Source: Owenia fusiformis | Taxonomy: Eukaryota | Direction: 5' to 3' | Assembly: GCA_903813345.2 (NCBI GenBank) | Contig: CAIIXF020000001.1 | Coordinates: 25,358,001-25,422,000, forward strand | Length of the DNA stretch: 64,000 bases | In this document: positions 63,601 through 64,000 of the stretch, in pieces | How positions within the stretch are numbered: position 1 is the first letter of the stretch | How the letters are laid out: the number at the start of each line of letters is the position of its first letter | The notes under the pieces: generated by a model | Database searches by the model: none | Told to the model about the DNA's origin: nothing | The model's input: only the letters and a program-made list of their open reading frames with translations | Made by a program: the position numbers and the translations under genes

Positions 63601-64000
63601 TAAATATACATATTTACAACTATTAACTAGCTTTATTTGTATTAAAACGTGTTAAAAGTTGACCTTTTCGACTCAGGTTAACTAAACTGCATGAGAGACA
63701 AATGCTAGATTCAGACTGATCAGTTACTACTTAACTAAGTATACGCACGATGTAATCGAAGGTTTAGTGATTTAAAAAGTAACTTCAATCAAAAACATGT
63801 AAGATAATAAAATGTATTGGAACATCCATATTCCCAACCGGTATTTAGTACATGTTTGCTATTAGAATATATCTATATGTCAACGTATCCAAAGACATCC
63901 TTGCGATGTAAAGTACATACCTATATCACAAACTGCCCCCATGAGACCTGGTTGACAGATACACTGGAATGCGTCCACAAGATCCACACATGTTCCATCA
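48662..64000 (-). CDS. Copy B: 3' half of tandem paralog (EGFx14-FTP-EGF-FTP-TSP1x2-LDLa-tail), continuing beyond the window
   Basis: Exons 63921-64000+, 63302-63415, 62273-62383, 61616-61732, 61248-61364, 60582-60698, 59648-59764, 58909-59025, 57835-57951, 56909-57025, 55361-55477, 55073-55192, 54706-54822, 54455-54574, 53566-53757, 52364-52588, 52072-52185, 51665-51856, 50176-50412, 49775-49948, 49457-49633, 49131-49319, 48662-48741; high exon similarity to copy A. Confidence 0.9.
48760..49082 (-). mobile_element. tRNA-derived SINE-like insertion in last intron of copy B
   Basis: Minus strand CCCGTATAGCTCAATGGTAGCGCG A-box and degenerate B-box; absent from the 84-nt intron of copy A. Confidence 0.6.
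53857..54427. mobile_element. TTAA-flanked piggyBac-like MITE
   Basis: TTAA|CCATAA ... TTAGGG|TTAA; absent in homologous copy A intron (~11290). Confidence 0.7.
55703..56793 (-). mobile_element. Degenerate mariner element
   Basis: TA|CGAGGGGTGATCCAAAAGT ... [29 protein letters not shown] resembles the mariner YSPDLAPSDF motif in ORF 56170-56427. Confidence 0.85.

Overview
AT-rich animal genomic DNA (spliceosomal GT-AG introns; probably a marine invertebrate, which is an inference). It carries two tandem minus-strand copies of a large multi-exon gene for a mosaic extracellular protein, with a repeat period of about 41 kb. Copy A (CDS 42713->7159) is complete: signal peptide, 6-Cys chitin-binding-type-2-like domain, 18-nt microexon, PAN/apple, C-type lectin, CBM67/POL-like jelly-roll, 14 EGF exons, F5/8C(FTP)-EGF-F5/8C, two TSP1, LDLa and a hydrophobic C-terminal tail. 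Copy B (48662 to beyond 64000) shows only the 3' half. The main finding is that one exon of copy A is split by a 16,739-bp element (19838-36576) with 70-bp CAC...GTG terminal inverted repeats and a 5-bp AATTA target duplication, a Transib/RAG-like signature. Removing it restores the reading frame and a conserved W....FDDS motif. The element is filled with nested transposons, including a second CAC/5-bp-TSD 540-bp foldback. Introns and intergenic DNA contain many MITEs, LINE 3' ends, Helentron-like elements and SINE heads. Coordinates were read by eye and may be off by a few bases. Domain and family calls come from motif recognition, not database searches.
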